DNA of 64,000 nt, from positions 1,408,001 through 1,472,000 of the forward strand of contig CM000207.1 of the NCBI GenBank assembly GCA_000002445.1, read 5' to 3'. The stretch's first letter is position 1; each line of letters starts with the position of its first letter. Shown piece by piece: positions 10,896 through 21,167 of the stretch. Origin of the DNA: Trypanosoma brucei (taxonomy: Eukaryota). The notes under the pieces were generated by a model. That model was given only the letters and a program-made list of their open reading frames with translations. It was not told where the DNA came from and ran no database searches. Both the position numbers and the translations under genes were made by a program.

Positions 10896-12596
10896 CTACC
10901 TATTTATGGCAGCTGTGCAGAGCCATGCGTTACAAAAATCATCTCCATTCTTATCAACCTCCATTTCACTTTCAGTTTTGCGGTTCGTTGCTTGGTCAAT
11001 CACGTCCAGTGTCGTCCGAACAGGTACGTGCCAGTGTGACGGAGAGAGTTGACCGCGTTGCACCCAAACGGCATACGGACGAGGCAGCGACAGCAACAAA
11101 CTCACAGCCCCCGTTGCCCAACTAAAACGTGCTCTATACGTAACAAGGTGCCTTTGTCGCCAACGCAGGAAAGAGCGGCGACTGAGCAACGAAAAGTGAT
11201 GATCGCGCATTTGGTCATTGGAGACGACAAGACAGTTTGGCCTGTGAATGGCGGCGAACAACCAACAGTAGTCATCGTTGAGAAAACCGGGACAAACAAT
11301 CAGTGAAGACTCTTGCCCCCACTTCTCCAACCACACCAAATTCTCCTTGGAGGGAGACCTAACATGCCGACTGTGCAGCATCACCACCGACTTTTTTCGC
11401 AGCTTCTGGGCTTCAGTTAACATCTCATCGATGAGGGAAAATTTCGGAGGCACATCAACGGGAAGTGGTATTTCACAGAGTTCATATTCTGGAAGAGTGG
11501 ATGGATCCACACCACGTGACCGCAGTAGTGCCTCCTTTGCTCCGCGATACCAATTACTGAGGCCATAATACCCTACATTGGCCCCATCAATCACGGCATC
11601 ATAATCAAGACGAGAAAGCGTGTCTTTGAACACCGCAAATTCTTCCCACCGCTCCTTTCGTTCCGTCAGCTCGACGACCTTCCCAGGTTCGTAGTGGCTT
11701 CCACTTTCCACCCTCGGGGCGATGAGCTTCGTTTCAATATCGCGCAGTAGAGTCACTCGGTCATCCGGAGCAAAGTCGAATGTGTGAACCCTCGTGCTGC
11801 ACCTGCAGCACATCCCTGTCTCATCATTCACTTCCGTTAACTCCCCGCCTAGAAGTTGTTGCAGTGCTTCCCCATTGGTTTTTCCAACGACTGGGTGGTG
11901 GTCGACCATACACTCCAAAAGCTCCGTGATGAGTGCCGAGATATCAGTCCCCTTCGCAGCACTTTGCAAGCAACGCAGTAACTGCTTGTAATCGACATCC
12001 CAGAACTCAAGTTGTTTCTGCCGTCCCATCCGCAGCGCTTTAAATGCTAACGTTGTATCGCCGGTTCGCGCCGCATGCTCGAGAAGTGGGGAAAAAAGCC
12101 GCCGCTTATGAGAACCTTCTGGAAGCATGGATATGATACGTTCTGCGAGACCCAAATTCACCTCATCGCTTTCGGTGAGCAGACGCAATGAAATAGTGGC
12201 GACCTTCTCATCCATGACTTTGGAGCGCAAAGACGCCTCGGCCTGCAGAATCTGCTGCAGCAGCGCCTGCCCTTCGTGCAGAAGTCCGTTTTCCACGAAC
12301 GAGTAGAGTACCCTCGCCACTGAAGAACTGCGGGGAAGGATTCGATGCTTCTCAGTACATTCCTTGAGGAAACTAGAGAGCACGCCAACAGACGTCCTGT
12401 CGGCCACCGCACGGCACCCTAACTCCGAAAAGGATTCGTTCACGAAGTCTGAAGTCTTCAAACGGCGCTTCAACTTCGTCTGACGGTTGTTCTTTATAAT
12501 CAGCTCCTGCACTGCAGGTAGGGCACTAAAATCCAGCGGGATGTCATCTTCCCTCCGCACGCGTTGACGCGGAGGTCCAGCGCAATCTGAAGACAT
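10896..12596 (-). CDS. PRORP: Protein-only RNase P (PRORP): PPR-like N-terminal half, CxxC zinc-binding central domain and NYN metallonuclease domain (566 aa)
   Basis: NYN catalytic motifs are present: AVIDGANVGYYG, LNDDYCWLFAAI (DD) and VVSNDQMRDHHF (SND). A CCRCS zinc motif lies upstream and the N-terminus consists of helical repeats. Confidence 0.65.
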   Translation of the reverse strand: MSSDCAGPPRQRVRREDDIPLDFSALPAVQELIIKNNRQTKLKRRLKTSDFVNESFSELGCRAVADRTSVGVLSSFLKECTEKHRILPRSSSVARVLYSFVENGLLHEGQALLQQILQAEASLRSKVMDEKVATISLRLLTESDEVNLGLAERIISMLPEGSHKRRLFSPLLEHAARTGDTTLAFKALRMGRQKQLEFWDVDYKQLLRCLQSAAKGTDISALITELLECMVDHHPVVGKTNGEALQQLLGGELTEVNDETGMCCRCSTRVHTFDFAPDDRVTLLRDIETKLIAPRVESGSHYEPGKVVELTERKERWEEFAVFKDTLSRLDYDAVIDGANVGYYGLSNWYRGAKEALLRSRGVDPSTLPEYELCEIPLPVDVPPKFSLIDEMLTEAQKLRKKSVVMLHSRHVRSPSKENLVWLEKWGQESSLIVCPGFLNDDYCWLFAAIHRPNCLVVSNDQMRDHHFSLLSRRSFLRWRQRHLVTYRARFSWATGAVSLLLSLPRPYAVWVQRGQLSPSHWHVPVRTTLDVIDQATNRKTESEMEVDKNGDDFCNAWLCTAAINR

Positions 12597-13065
12597 GCTG
12601 AAGCGGCCTTGTCAAAGCCTCCCCAAGTAACGGAGGGAGTGCGGCGGCATTTTGTAAGAGGGTAACACAAACCCCCCCCCACACACACACATACACACAC
12701 ACGCAGAAATGGTACCAGATGAAGTGGAGAGAGCAAAGTGGAGAAGATAGGAGGAGAGGAAGCAGGTGCAAATGTGTTACATACTTCCTGTGATGACATG
12801 TTAGGCCAAAGACTGAAAATTGTCACTGGTATAAACGAAAATGTGATTGTTCCAGATGGACATATACATAGGTCTAATCGTAGCGGCATATGGCCTCCAT
12901 CAAACGAGTGGGCAGACTGACCGTCCGATGGTTGGTAGAGGTCGGCGCTTACAATCGTCAAACCTGCAAAATAGAAAAAGCGAATGCGAATCGAACAACC
13001 GATGAGGCGCTCTTCCGGGTAAAAACATACATGTGTCCTCAGCTCTCTAGTGCGGTCATTGCTGA

Positions 13066-13629
13066 TCAGTTTAGGAGAACGCGGAGCGCTGCGATTTGAA
13101 ATATGTTGGCGAGTTTCTGCGCGGATTTCTTCACCTCATATTCTGCCTGTTTAACATCCCGATCCATCACCTTTACACGCTTCCGCGCTTTTTCCATCTC
13201 CATACGCCTGCGGCGGTTCATCTTGCGATCCTTATTTTCTTCTACCTTTGCGTCGTACTCGGCGACGACGTTTTCGTAACTGACTCGCATTTGACTCTCT
13301 TTTTCGCAAGCCTCATCGAAGTTGCGCAGCATCTCAAGTTGCTTTTCACTGAAGTAACACGAGAAGGAGCAGGGCGCCTCATGCGTGCTGTACAAAATTG
13401 CATTATTGAATGACTTTGGAGCGCTACCGTAAATGAATTCTAATTCCCCCTGTAACAACTGCAAAAAATCGGTGAAACTCTCACATCTGCGCAGCGGTGC
13501 CAACTCTACCGCTACATCCACGTACTCGCTGCAGGCATGCAGGTGGGGACGTTTAAAAACCGCAAGTTCCTGCATTACAACTTGTAACAAAGTAAAGTTA
13601 CTACTTCTATCAACACAGACAAACTTCAC
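13066..13629 (-). CDS. Hypothetical protein (187 aa) with a basic/acidic coiled-coil C-terminus
   Basis: Uninterrupted ORF on the coding strand with no recognised motif. Confidence 0.4.
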   Translation of the reverse strand: MKFVCVDRSSNFTLLQVVMQELAVFKRPHLHACSEYVDVAVELAPLRRCESFTDFLQLLQGELEFIYGSAPKSFNNAILYSTHEAPCSFSCYFSEKQLEMLRNFDEACEKESQMRVSYENVVAEYDAKVEENKDRKMNRRRRMEMEKARKRVKVMDRDVKQAEYEVKKSAQKLANIFQIAALRVLLN

Positions 13630-14289
13630 CCGTTAGACACCAGTTATTAATTGATAAAAGTCGTGATGGCTCACCACTGTGGAATGTACGTTAGTATTCG
13701 TGTACAGGTGAAAGGAGAAAAAAATGCCGTAGAAAAGAGGGAGAATGCACCAAGAAGCGTGAAGGTGACAATGGTATAAAGTGATGGAAGGAAGTCACAC
13801 ACATCTTTCCAGCGAGATGAAAGAGTGAAACGCAACCTATCACATAGAGAGGTATGCAACTCTCTTTAAGGTTAAATAACATTCACAGATGACAACGACA
13901 AAAATAAAAAAACGAAAACTTGGAAGTAAAGGAAAAGGCACACGCACAAAAAAGAAAGAAAATTACCTCTGCCACCCCGTGGCTCAGCAATATGGTTTAA
14001 TTCATCCCGCACTCGTTCCTTCCTGTTTCTCATTGCGATTCGAAAGAAGTGTGTGCGGCGCCCGCCGCGGTCCGTCGTGTCCACCCGTGCCATCTTCAAA
14101 GGTAGGCTTCTCCTTTTTTTATATATTTGTGGGTGCACATGCATGGACAGCACCCCCGTTTTTTGTTGCCACCAGATCCCTTTAAAACTTCCCCCTCCGC
14201 TATGCTCATTCCTTCAGTCACTGACCACATAACTGAGTATATATATATTTTTTTTTTGGGGGGGAAGGTTTGCTGAAGAAAGGAGGTGA

Positions 14290-14784
14290 TTACTCGAGAA
14301 CTGCTGTGTTGATAAGGCCGATACTCTCCAGGGCGTCACAATCCTTGTGCAGCGCATTGATGTTGTTATATGCGTAACCGCCGTACATCTCCTCCAGGTT
14401 TTCGGGTAGAATATTGTACTCTCCGGAGCTACTTGGGGTGAGTTCGATGTCGTATTCGTCCTTGAAGAACTCCTTGAGTGCCTCATGGCTGTTAATGTCC
14501 GTTTCAACATCCTGTAGGGTACTTTCTTGGAAGCGCACAAAGTCATCATGTGTCCAGTAACCTTTTCCATTATCGAATCGGTCGAATATCATGCGAACGA
14601 GAACCACATCCTCCGGGCTCAGTAAAATCCTAAAACCTTCCTGTGCCGCGCGATTGTAAAGCTCCCTGCAGTTTGCACAGTACATTTCACCCATCGCCTC
14701 ATCGAACTGAAGGTCCTCAATACCTAAGCACTGCTTGTTGGCACACACCTGGAGAACAACCACATCATCATCGTCATCGGACAT
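14290..14784 (-). CDS. Hypothetical acidic protein (164 aa) with an N-terminal poly-Asp tract and a Cys4 ribbon-like motif
   Basis: MSDDDDDVVVLQVCANKQC...YCANC gives a C-x4-C...C-x2-C arrangement. There is also a DNGKG loop that looks EF-hand-like. Confidence 0.45.
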   Translation of the reverse strand: MSDDDDDVVVLQVCANKQCLGIEDLQFDEAMGEMYCANCRELYNRAAQEGFRILLSPEDVVLVRMIFDRFDNGKGYWTHDDFVRFQESTLQDVETDINSHEALKEFFKDEYDIELTPSSSGEYNILPENLEEMYGGYAYNNINALHKDCDALESIGLINTAVLE

Positions 14785-15182
14785 GTTTTCCCTCTTGTGT
14801 CTACCCTATAGTGTGTCTACACAGGAGCAGTGCCAACTAACTCATTATTATTATTATTATTGATATTGTTATGGAAAATTGTAGAAAAGAAAGAAAAGTG
14901 GTGTGAAAATGCAGCTGATGAAACGAAATCATTAGGTGGTACTAGATTCCTTGTGCCACCTTTGCACCCCGGCACGGTGTGGACCGCTTAATGGATATGA
15001 TCTGCGAGAACGAAAAATGAAGGAACACGTTCCAAGGGGAAGCCAAAACCGAGAAGTTCACACCGTTCTGTTCACGTATTAACCTCCTTTTTTCAGCATC
15101 TGTGGCTGTCTTGGCGAATACCTATGCGCATATTACTTGTGCACGCACAACCGCTCGCTCAAAGGGATTCATCAGGTTGCCA

Positions 15183-16730
15183 TTAATCAGTCTGCAAAAC
15201 GTAATCAACAGTGCAGGTCGATACGGTGCCATATATACGCTGAACTTCCTGAAAGCAGGGGCGATGTGTTGTCAGTGGAGCCTTGTGTACGCGAGGATCC
15301 CTCAAGTTGACGGGTGACACTGCCCGCTCCCCGTTCTCCAACGTTGTCGCTGGTAACGTAGAAAAGTCCGTCAACACGGCACGATTCTTCGGCCCTGGGG
15401 CCACGTACAAGACCAGCGCCGCAGCGTTTATATAGTTGCGCCACCGCATCAAGATGTCTCTAACCTCCACCCTCCACCTAATTTCCTGCGCTCGACGAAT
15501 TTGTGACCCAATGCTCCCGTAACTTCCGCCTTCCTTCTCGTTGGAGGACTGCTTTCCACCTTGCTTCTTCCGGACAACATATCGCTGGAACGCTTTGTGG
15601 GCAACAGGCTCCCCTTCGATGAAAACACCCCCAGCAAAGTAACCCCCATGACACATAAGAATAACCCAAGGAAGAAAAGTAAAGGAACGAATTGAACCCC
15701 ACAGCTTCGTAGAAATGTCAGACGGCAGCCTCTTGCTACTTCCCCCTTCCTCTTCCTGTTTCTTTTCCTCCTGAATGGCGTCAAACTCTGCCACTAACTG
15801 TTTCGATAGCTCCGCCGTGGCACCACCGTCATCTTCCGCATCCCCATCCGCTACATCGTCCTCGTTCTCGTCGGATTCCACATCAACAAGAAGGTCTTCG
15901 TCTACCAACATTTTTGCCAAATTGTCGTCGACCTCCGGAAGCACAACAACACCATCACCTACATTGTCGGAGTCAGTTGCTTCTACCTTGCTTTCATTCG
16001 CTGACTCAATGGTGCTTGAAGGGGGCCGCCCAAACGTCAAAGCGACTACAACCGCACGGTGTAACGCCACCCGAACGGTGCACGGACACCCATCATATTC
16101 AACAACTGTATCAAAGAGCAAGTGCGCCAGCGGGGTATTTAAAACTGGGATGCATTTCCCCGAACCGACCACCTCCTGCGGTATATCTCGGCTTTTGCAA
16201 TCTGCATACGTGGTGAGGACTTTAACCTCACCAACCACTGTCGTTTCTTCATTCTCCACCTGGTGTTCTGTTTCCTCAGGTTTTGAGGAAGGTCCCGCCC
16301 CTACATTATCTCCTGTTTCCTTTTCTTGCCCCTCTTTCCCCTTGCGCTCCGTCTTCTTGCTTTTTGCCTTTGCTTTAGACCGCTTTTTCTTTTCCTCGCG
16401 CTTCTTTTCAAGTTCCCGTGCGACAAGGGTTGCCTCATCATTTCCATCCTCCCCCTCCTCTTCCCCAAAGTCAACGCCAAGGAGGGTTTCAACGGAGTTT
16501 GTTCGAGCAAGTATCATTTCATTTACTGCGCGCTCCAATTCGTCCACCTCCTTGAGTAAACGATCAACATACTCACCGCTGAATCCACTAATTTTTTCTC
16601 GTGCCTCCTTTAGTCGCTCCATGCTTGACATGTAAGCACCCTCAGCCTGGTACGCATTCCGTGGCTGAATCTTAAGGCACACTCGTGTATCTGCTAAGAG
16701 TTTCTCAACCACTGCGATGGGTGAGGTCAT
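15183..16730 (-). CDS. Vms1/ANKZF1-like protein with a VLRF1 (eRF1-like peptidyl-tRNA hydrolase) domain, 515 aa
   Basis: The C-terminal half contains LMCHGGYFAGGVF...RYVVRKKQGGKQSS, which matches the VLRF1 core (HGG.FAG and RYtVRrK.GGsQS). There is an N-terminal coiled coil and a highly charged Lys/Glu linker. Confidence 0.5.
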   Translation of the reverse strand: MTSPIAVVEKLLADTRVCLKIQPRNAYQAEGAYMSSMERLKEAREKISGFSGEYVDRLLKEVDELERAVNEMILARTNSVETLLGVDFGEEEGEDGNDEATLVARELEKKREEKKKRSKAKAKSKKTERKGKEGQEKETGDNVGAGPSSKPEETEHQVENEETTVVGEVKVLTTYADCKSRDIPQEVVGSGKCIPVLNTPLAHLLFDTVVEYDGCPCTVRVALHRAVVVALTFGRPPSSTIESANESKVEATDSDNVGDGVVVLPEVDDNLAKMLVDEDLLVDVESDENEDDVADGDAEDDGGATAELSKQLVAEFDAIQEEKKQEEEGGSSKRLPSDISTKLWGSIRSFTFLPWVILMCHGGYFAGGVFIEGEPVAHKAFQRYVVRKKQGGKQSSNEKEGGSYGSIGSQIRRAQEIRWRVEVRDILMRWRNYINAAALVLYVAPGPKNRAVLTDFSTLPATTLENGERAVSPVNLRDPRVHKAPLTTHRPCFQEVQRIYGTVSTCTVDYVLQTD

Positions 16731-17084
16731 GATGCTTTTTCCAGAAGAGTGGAGACAATAAACCCTTCAATGTGCCGACGTCCCCACCTTCCTAGGCGAA
16801 AGTGATACGACATTCACGCGGCATATTAAGAAAACGAAGAGAAAGCAAATCAACAGCCGAGTGGTATAGCAGTAGTTGGTAGACGGAAACTCGTTAAGCG
16901 TAAAAGGAAACAAGCGGCGATAGAGCTACCTTTTGCGTTTGCTTTCAAAACAAAACAAATCAAAACACAACACTGATATAAATACCTGTATAGACGAGCT
17001 GACAACGCCCTTAAGAAGGTCTGAATCCGAGCAAGGTGTTGCGTCCACTTTATTCACACGATCGACACAGCACCACGCTTCCAT

Positions 17085-18785
17085 TCAGGGGCATCCCCCA
17101 CTCATTTCCTTCACATCTATGACACCATTGTTGTCGCCATACTCGCCACCGCTCAGCTGAACACCTTTACACAACCAACTTTCTGTTGGTCGAGCGTAGC
17201 TCGGTGCTGCGGGTGCGACACCGCTGCCGGTGCGTCTCACACTGCTTGCTCGTCGCGACACGTTACTATAAAAGTCCGCATTTACCACAGGAAGTTCTGA
17301 CGTTGGTACTGCCCTAATGAACGCCCCATAGTGATCTCCAGGAAATGCACAGCTTGCACCAACCAGCGGGGCACTACCCACCAGTACCTGCGGGGGTGGA
17401 ATACAATGTTTTCGACCTCTCCTTTCGTTAGGTTCAGCACCACATTTACTTTTCTTTTCCTTCAATTCGTTTTCGGTTTGCTGCACCGGTTCCAGCTTTA
17501 CGCAGTTTGCATCCCAACTATTGGAGTCGTGGTAATCTCTGCAACCATTACCGATGCCACGCGCCTGCAGTGAACGTGCAAACTGTTCGAGAACACTTCC
17601 AAGTGAAGACACAAGTGTTCCATCGATCTTGCGCGACCGTTCCTTTTTCCTGTGGTTCCTCTCAACGCTTTGATATGGAGTGGGGACTGATTCTGCATAC
17701 ATGATCGCTCTCCCAGTTTCGCCGTTAACTTTTCCAACTACGGCGGGCGCCCCGGAGGTTGTGGAAAAGTCCTCTTCGGAAACTGCCAAAGCGGGTGGCG
17801 GTCTTCGGGTGAGTCGCTTTGCGAGACACGCGGCAGCGTTAGGGTTTGGAGTCAGCAGAACACACCTTGCTTCGGTCACTGTGGGTAAATTGTGTAAAGG
17901 TTGTGATGGTGTAGTCATAGTCTGAGCTTTAACTTCTGTCATCGGTAGTGTGCTGGTGGGCATGTGTGGCTCCGGAGAGCTCAGAAGTTCCCCTGCCTCT
18001 TTTGTATTCGTCATCGGTCCCATCTCTGCACCGGATGCAGGCGCCGGATGCGGGCCCTCAACTAGACCACTAGCATAACTCGGGGAGCTATTTAAATTGC
18101 GGTCTTTGCTGCCAGGACACCAATTCTCATCTTCTTCAGTAAACCGAAACTGACTCGCAACATTATCATCGCTCCCAGCTGTTTGGGCGGATATAGTAAC
18201 CGAACTGGCCGTTTTGGGTGACGCAGGAGTAAGCACTGTCGAATAGTTTTGAGGGGATGAAACCCTTTCTGCACCAATATACGGGCCACATTCATGAGTT
18301 AGAAGTTCTCTTGCTTGTTTGATGGCAGCACGCGATTTTTCAATCATTAAGTCCCATTCCAATGCTTCCACATCTGTTGATGTTGCTGCCGTTGGTTCCA
18401 ACAAGTCTTTGCGTAGCAGGTGGGTTACTTCACAATCACCATCCGTTGGAACCTCCGGACCTGACTCGGGACGTGGAGGTTTATCAAGTACATAGTTTCG
18501 CAATAGGGGGATGTCCAGTGTGGATGATGGATACGCACCTTCTGTTGCAGGTGTTGACTGTAATACATCAGCGGCAGATCCTCCGTCTGAGCGTAATAAA
18601 TCACCGCCTGTACCAGACACTTCGGGCGTCGGCTGATACACTTTAGACGGTCGAAACACACGGTGTGACATGTGCACGGCGTTGGGAAAGTACGCAAAGT
18701 TCGCGGCAGCGTCATACGCTACGTCCCCTAAGTTGTCCTCCAGGGTTTCACCAAAGTAGTGCGCAAGGTATGGGTTGTTGCTCAT
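17085..18785 (-). CDS. Hypothetical Ser/Pro/Thr-rich protein (about 566 aa)
   Basis: The long ORF runs 17085..18941. The first 52 codons are hydrophobic read-through of upstream low-complexity DNA, so the start is placed at the internal ATG (MSNNPYLAHYFGE, ATG at 18783-18785 on minus). Composition suggests a largely disordered protein. Confidence 0.4.
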   Translation of the reverse strand: MSNNPYLAHYFGETLEDNLGDVAYDAAANFAYFPNAVHMSHRVFRPSKVYQPTPEVSGTGGDLLRSDGGSAADVLQSTPATEGAYPSSTLDIPLLRNYVLDKPPRPESGPEVPTDGDCEVTHLLRKDLLEPTAATSTDVEALEWDLMIEKSRAAIKQARELLTHECGPYIGAERVSSPQNYSTVLTPASPKTASSVTISAQTAGSDDNVASQFRFTEEDENWCPGSKDRNLNSSPSYASGLVEGPHPAPASGAEMGPMTNTKEAGELLSSPEPHMPTSTLPMTEVKAQTMTTPSQPLHNLPTVTEARCVLLTPNPNAAACLAKRLTRRPPPALAVSEEDFSTTSGAPAVVGKVNGETGRAIMYAESVPTPYQSVERNHRKKERSRKIDGTLVSSLGSVLEQFARSLQARGIGNGCRDYHDSNSWDANCVKLEPVQQTENELKEKKSKCGAEPNERRGRKHCIPPPQVLVGSAPLVGASCAFPGDHYGAFIRAVPTSELPVVNADFYSNVSRRASSVRRTGSGVAPAAPSYARPTESWLCKGVQLSGGEYGDNNGVIDVKEMSGGCP

Positions 18786-19436
18786 ACTGCATGTGGCCCC
18801 TCGGACCTTGACACATGGAAGGAGGAGAGGGTAGAAAGAGAAGCAAAAAGAGGACAAAATCAAGAGTACTAGCGAACAGGCATAGTCACAAGAATACACG
18901 CAGGTGAAGCTGGTCCACCACACTAGGTAAAGCAAGAGCACACGACTTACAAGTAGGATACTTCACGACTTACAATGCGGACCGATAAAACGCGCAATTG
19001 AAGTGAAGAAAAGAAGGGGCTTGAGAAACATGGAAGAAGCGTAAGCTAAAATGAAGATGGGGGTTCAAACTTTGCTATCTGTACCACTTAGCAGTAGTAC
19101 TCCAATCTCCCTACCTCTCTTTGCATTATTTCTCCCTCTTCACTACCTCTCGGTAGTGTTTCTCTCTCTCCTTTTTCGCTTCCCTTCGAGTCACTTCTGC
19201 CCATCCCTCTTCCTCCTCTCAAATATCTCCCCTGCTCTAGGCAACGTGATTGAGGGATAAAACATCAGTGTATAAATTATCGGTCCGCTACTAATAACAC
19301 AGGGAATGCTTTTTGAATCGCTACAGCCCCGAGCACGTTTCATATCGACTTCATTTAATCAGATTATCACATCTCTCTTTTACCTTTTGTTTTTGCTTAT
19401 TCGTTTCATATATTACTTTCACTCACAAAATCAACT

Positions 19437-21167
19437 TTAAGCGCTTGAGGCGTGTACCTTTAGCACACAGAGGGCTTCTGTAACCTTCTCGTGCATTAGT
19501 TTAGGGTTGGAAAGGAGGGCTAACGCCTCCTTAGGGTTCATCTCAAGGAACATGCCAGTAATTTTCGGTGCGTGATCCGGAGCAAGCTCATGCACCTTAA
19601 TGTAGAGCCTGTCACCCAGAGCGGCGCGTTGTTCGTCCACCGACATTTGTTGCAGATCTTCAGCTGAGATGGGCGGCAGCGGTGGTGTATCGGGAGCGAT
19701 GGCAGGTGATGCCTGAGGAGTACGGGGTACGGCGGAGAAACCCATTGAGGGTGCGGTAAACATAACGCTGTGAGCCGCTGCTGGTGGCACCGTAGTGGCG
19801 AGTGGTGGTTGCGGCTCAGGTTGAGGTTGTGGCTGTTGTTGACGTGGGTGCGGACGGTTGCCCCGGCCGCCACTGCGGGCATTGCGTCTCTGCAGTGGAT
19901 GCCCCGGCATACCGAACGGAGGAGGATGCATATGGTGCATCATCATTTGCAGGCGTTGCTGGAGCTGTAACTTCAGCATGGTGAGGCGCTGGTCACGGCG
20001 CTGCGCAATGTTGACAACGAGAGGTTTCCCGTTCAGCATACGACCATTCATTTCACGGAGTGCGGCGTTTGCCTGATCCGCATTTTCGAAACTTACAAAG
20101 CCGAAACCGCGACTTATGCCATTGGCATCGGTCATCACACGGCAGCTGCGAATAACACCGTACTCTTTGAACAGTTCATTGAGGTCTTTTTCCGTGAACT
20201 CAGCGTCAAAGTTACGGACGTATAAGTTGTTTCCAAGTGACTGGCACTGCATGTATTTTTGGCGGAGTGCAATAAGCCGCTCACTTCTCGGTTGAGCTCG
20301 CTGCACGTACAACTTCTCCCCAGGCTGCGTAACACCTTCCACCTCTTGATCATGTGACGCCTCAATGGCTTTAACTGCGTCATCGTGTTTTTCAAAGTTA
20401 CAGAAGGCGAATGCACGACCGTTCTTGTCTTTGCATATCGCTGCGCTCGTGATGCCGCCAAACTTCGAAAAGAATTTTTCGATAACGTCTTTATCAACTG
20501 TGGGAAGGAGCTGCTTTATGTACACGTTCGTGAAGTTCGCCACAAGTGCGGCAAGACGGGCATTACGACGAATGAAATTGGCAACATACAGTGCTGCCTT
20601 ATCCGCATCGGCGTGTTCCTTGTCACCGTTCATTTTCTCGATGGCGGCTTTGGCTGCATCGTCGTCCTTGAAGTGGACAAAGCCGTAACCGCGACTTTTC
20701 CCGCTCTCATCGTCCATCACCTTGCAGGAAAGGATCTCACCAAACTTCTTGAATATCAAACTCAATTCCCGACTGTCTACCTCCTCCTTAAGGTTTTTGA
20801 CGAATATATTACCACTTCCGCTGTACCGCAGTGCTGGGTCACGCTGCTGCCACATGATTCGGATACACTTTTCACCCACTCGCTTGAAATTGAGTTCCTC
20901 CATGGCTTTCGACGCGCTATTCACATCGTCATAGTTCACATAACCGTATCCCAATGAGCGCTGCGTGATGATGTCACGGCAGACGCGGACGTTGAGAATA
21001 GTTCCATACGGTTTAAAGATGTCCACCAACTGTGGCTCATTAATAGCAGGATCGAGGTCGCCAACGTACAATGAAGCCACTTGTAGCGGCTTCGTGGCGG
21101 AGGGACCGGAGGGAACCCCCTGTGCAGCGATTGTCATATCCTTTTTTTTTTCTTTCCCTTCCTTCAC
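19437..21167 (-). CDS. PABP1: Poly(A)-binding protein (four RRMs plus C-terminal PABC/MLLE domain), 576 aa
   Basis: Four RRMs carry RNP1-like motifs (KSRGYGFVHF, RGFGFVSF and others). There is a Pro/Gln-rich linker and a C-terminal PABC domain (LGDRLYIKVHELAPDHAPKITGMFLEM...). The PABP1 label, as opposed to PABP2, is inferred from synteny with the downstream SLS array on T. brucei chromosome 9. Confidence 0.85.
   Translation of the reverse strand: MKEGKEKKKDMTIAAQGVPSGPSATKPLQVASLYVGDLDPAINEPQLVDIFKPYGTILNVRVCRDIITQRSLGYGYVNYDDVNSASKAMEELNFKRVGEKCIRIMWQQRDPALRYSGSGNIFVKNLKEEVDSRELSLIFKKFGEILSCKVMDDESGKSRGYGFVHFKDDDAAKAAIEKMNGDKEHADADKAALYVANFIRRNARLAALVANFTNVYIKQLLPTVDKDVIEKFFSKFGGITSAAICKDKNGRAFAFCNFEKHDDAVKAIEASHDQEVEGVTQPGEKLYVQRAQPRSERLIALRQKYMQCQSLGNNLYVRNFDAEFTEKDLNELFKEYGVIRSCRVMTDANGISRGFGFVSFENADQANAALREMNGRMLNGKPLVVNIAQRRDQRLTMLKLQLQQRLQMMMHHMHPPPFGMPGHPLQRRNARSGGRGNRPHPRQQQPQPQPEPQPPLATTVPPAAAHSVMFTAPSMGFSAVPRTPQASPAIAPDTPPLPPISAEDLQQMSVDEQRAALGDRLYIKVHELAPDHAPKITGMFLEMNPKEALALLSNPKLMHEKVTEALCVLKVHASSA

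Noticed and set aside
15775-16635. 286-aa plus-strand ORF (Ser/Thr/Pro-rich) antisense to the Vms1-like gene
   Set aside because: It lies entirely inside and opposite a well-supported minus-strand CDS. Its low-complexity Ser-rich translation is the expected antisense reading of a GAA/GAG/AAG-rich coding region, and no other plus-strand gene exists in the window.
20385-20957. 190-aa plus-strand ORF antisense to the poly(A)-binding protein gene
   Set aside because: It overlaps the RRM-coding region of PABP on the opposite strand and has no motifs. This is a typical chance antisense ORF in a GC-balanced coding region.
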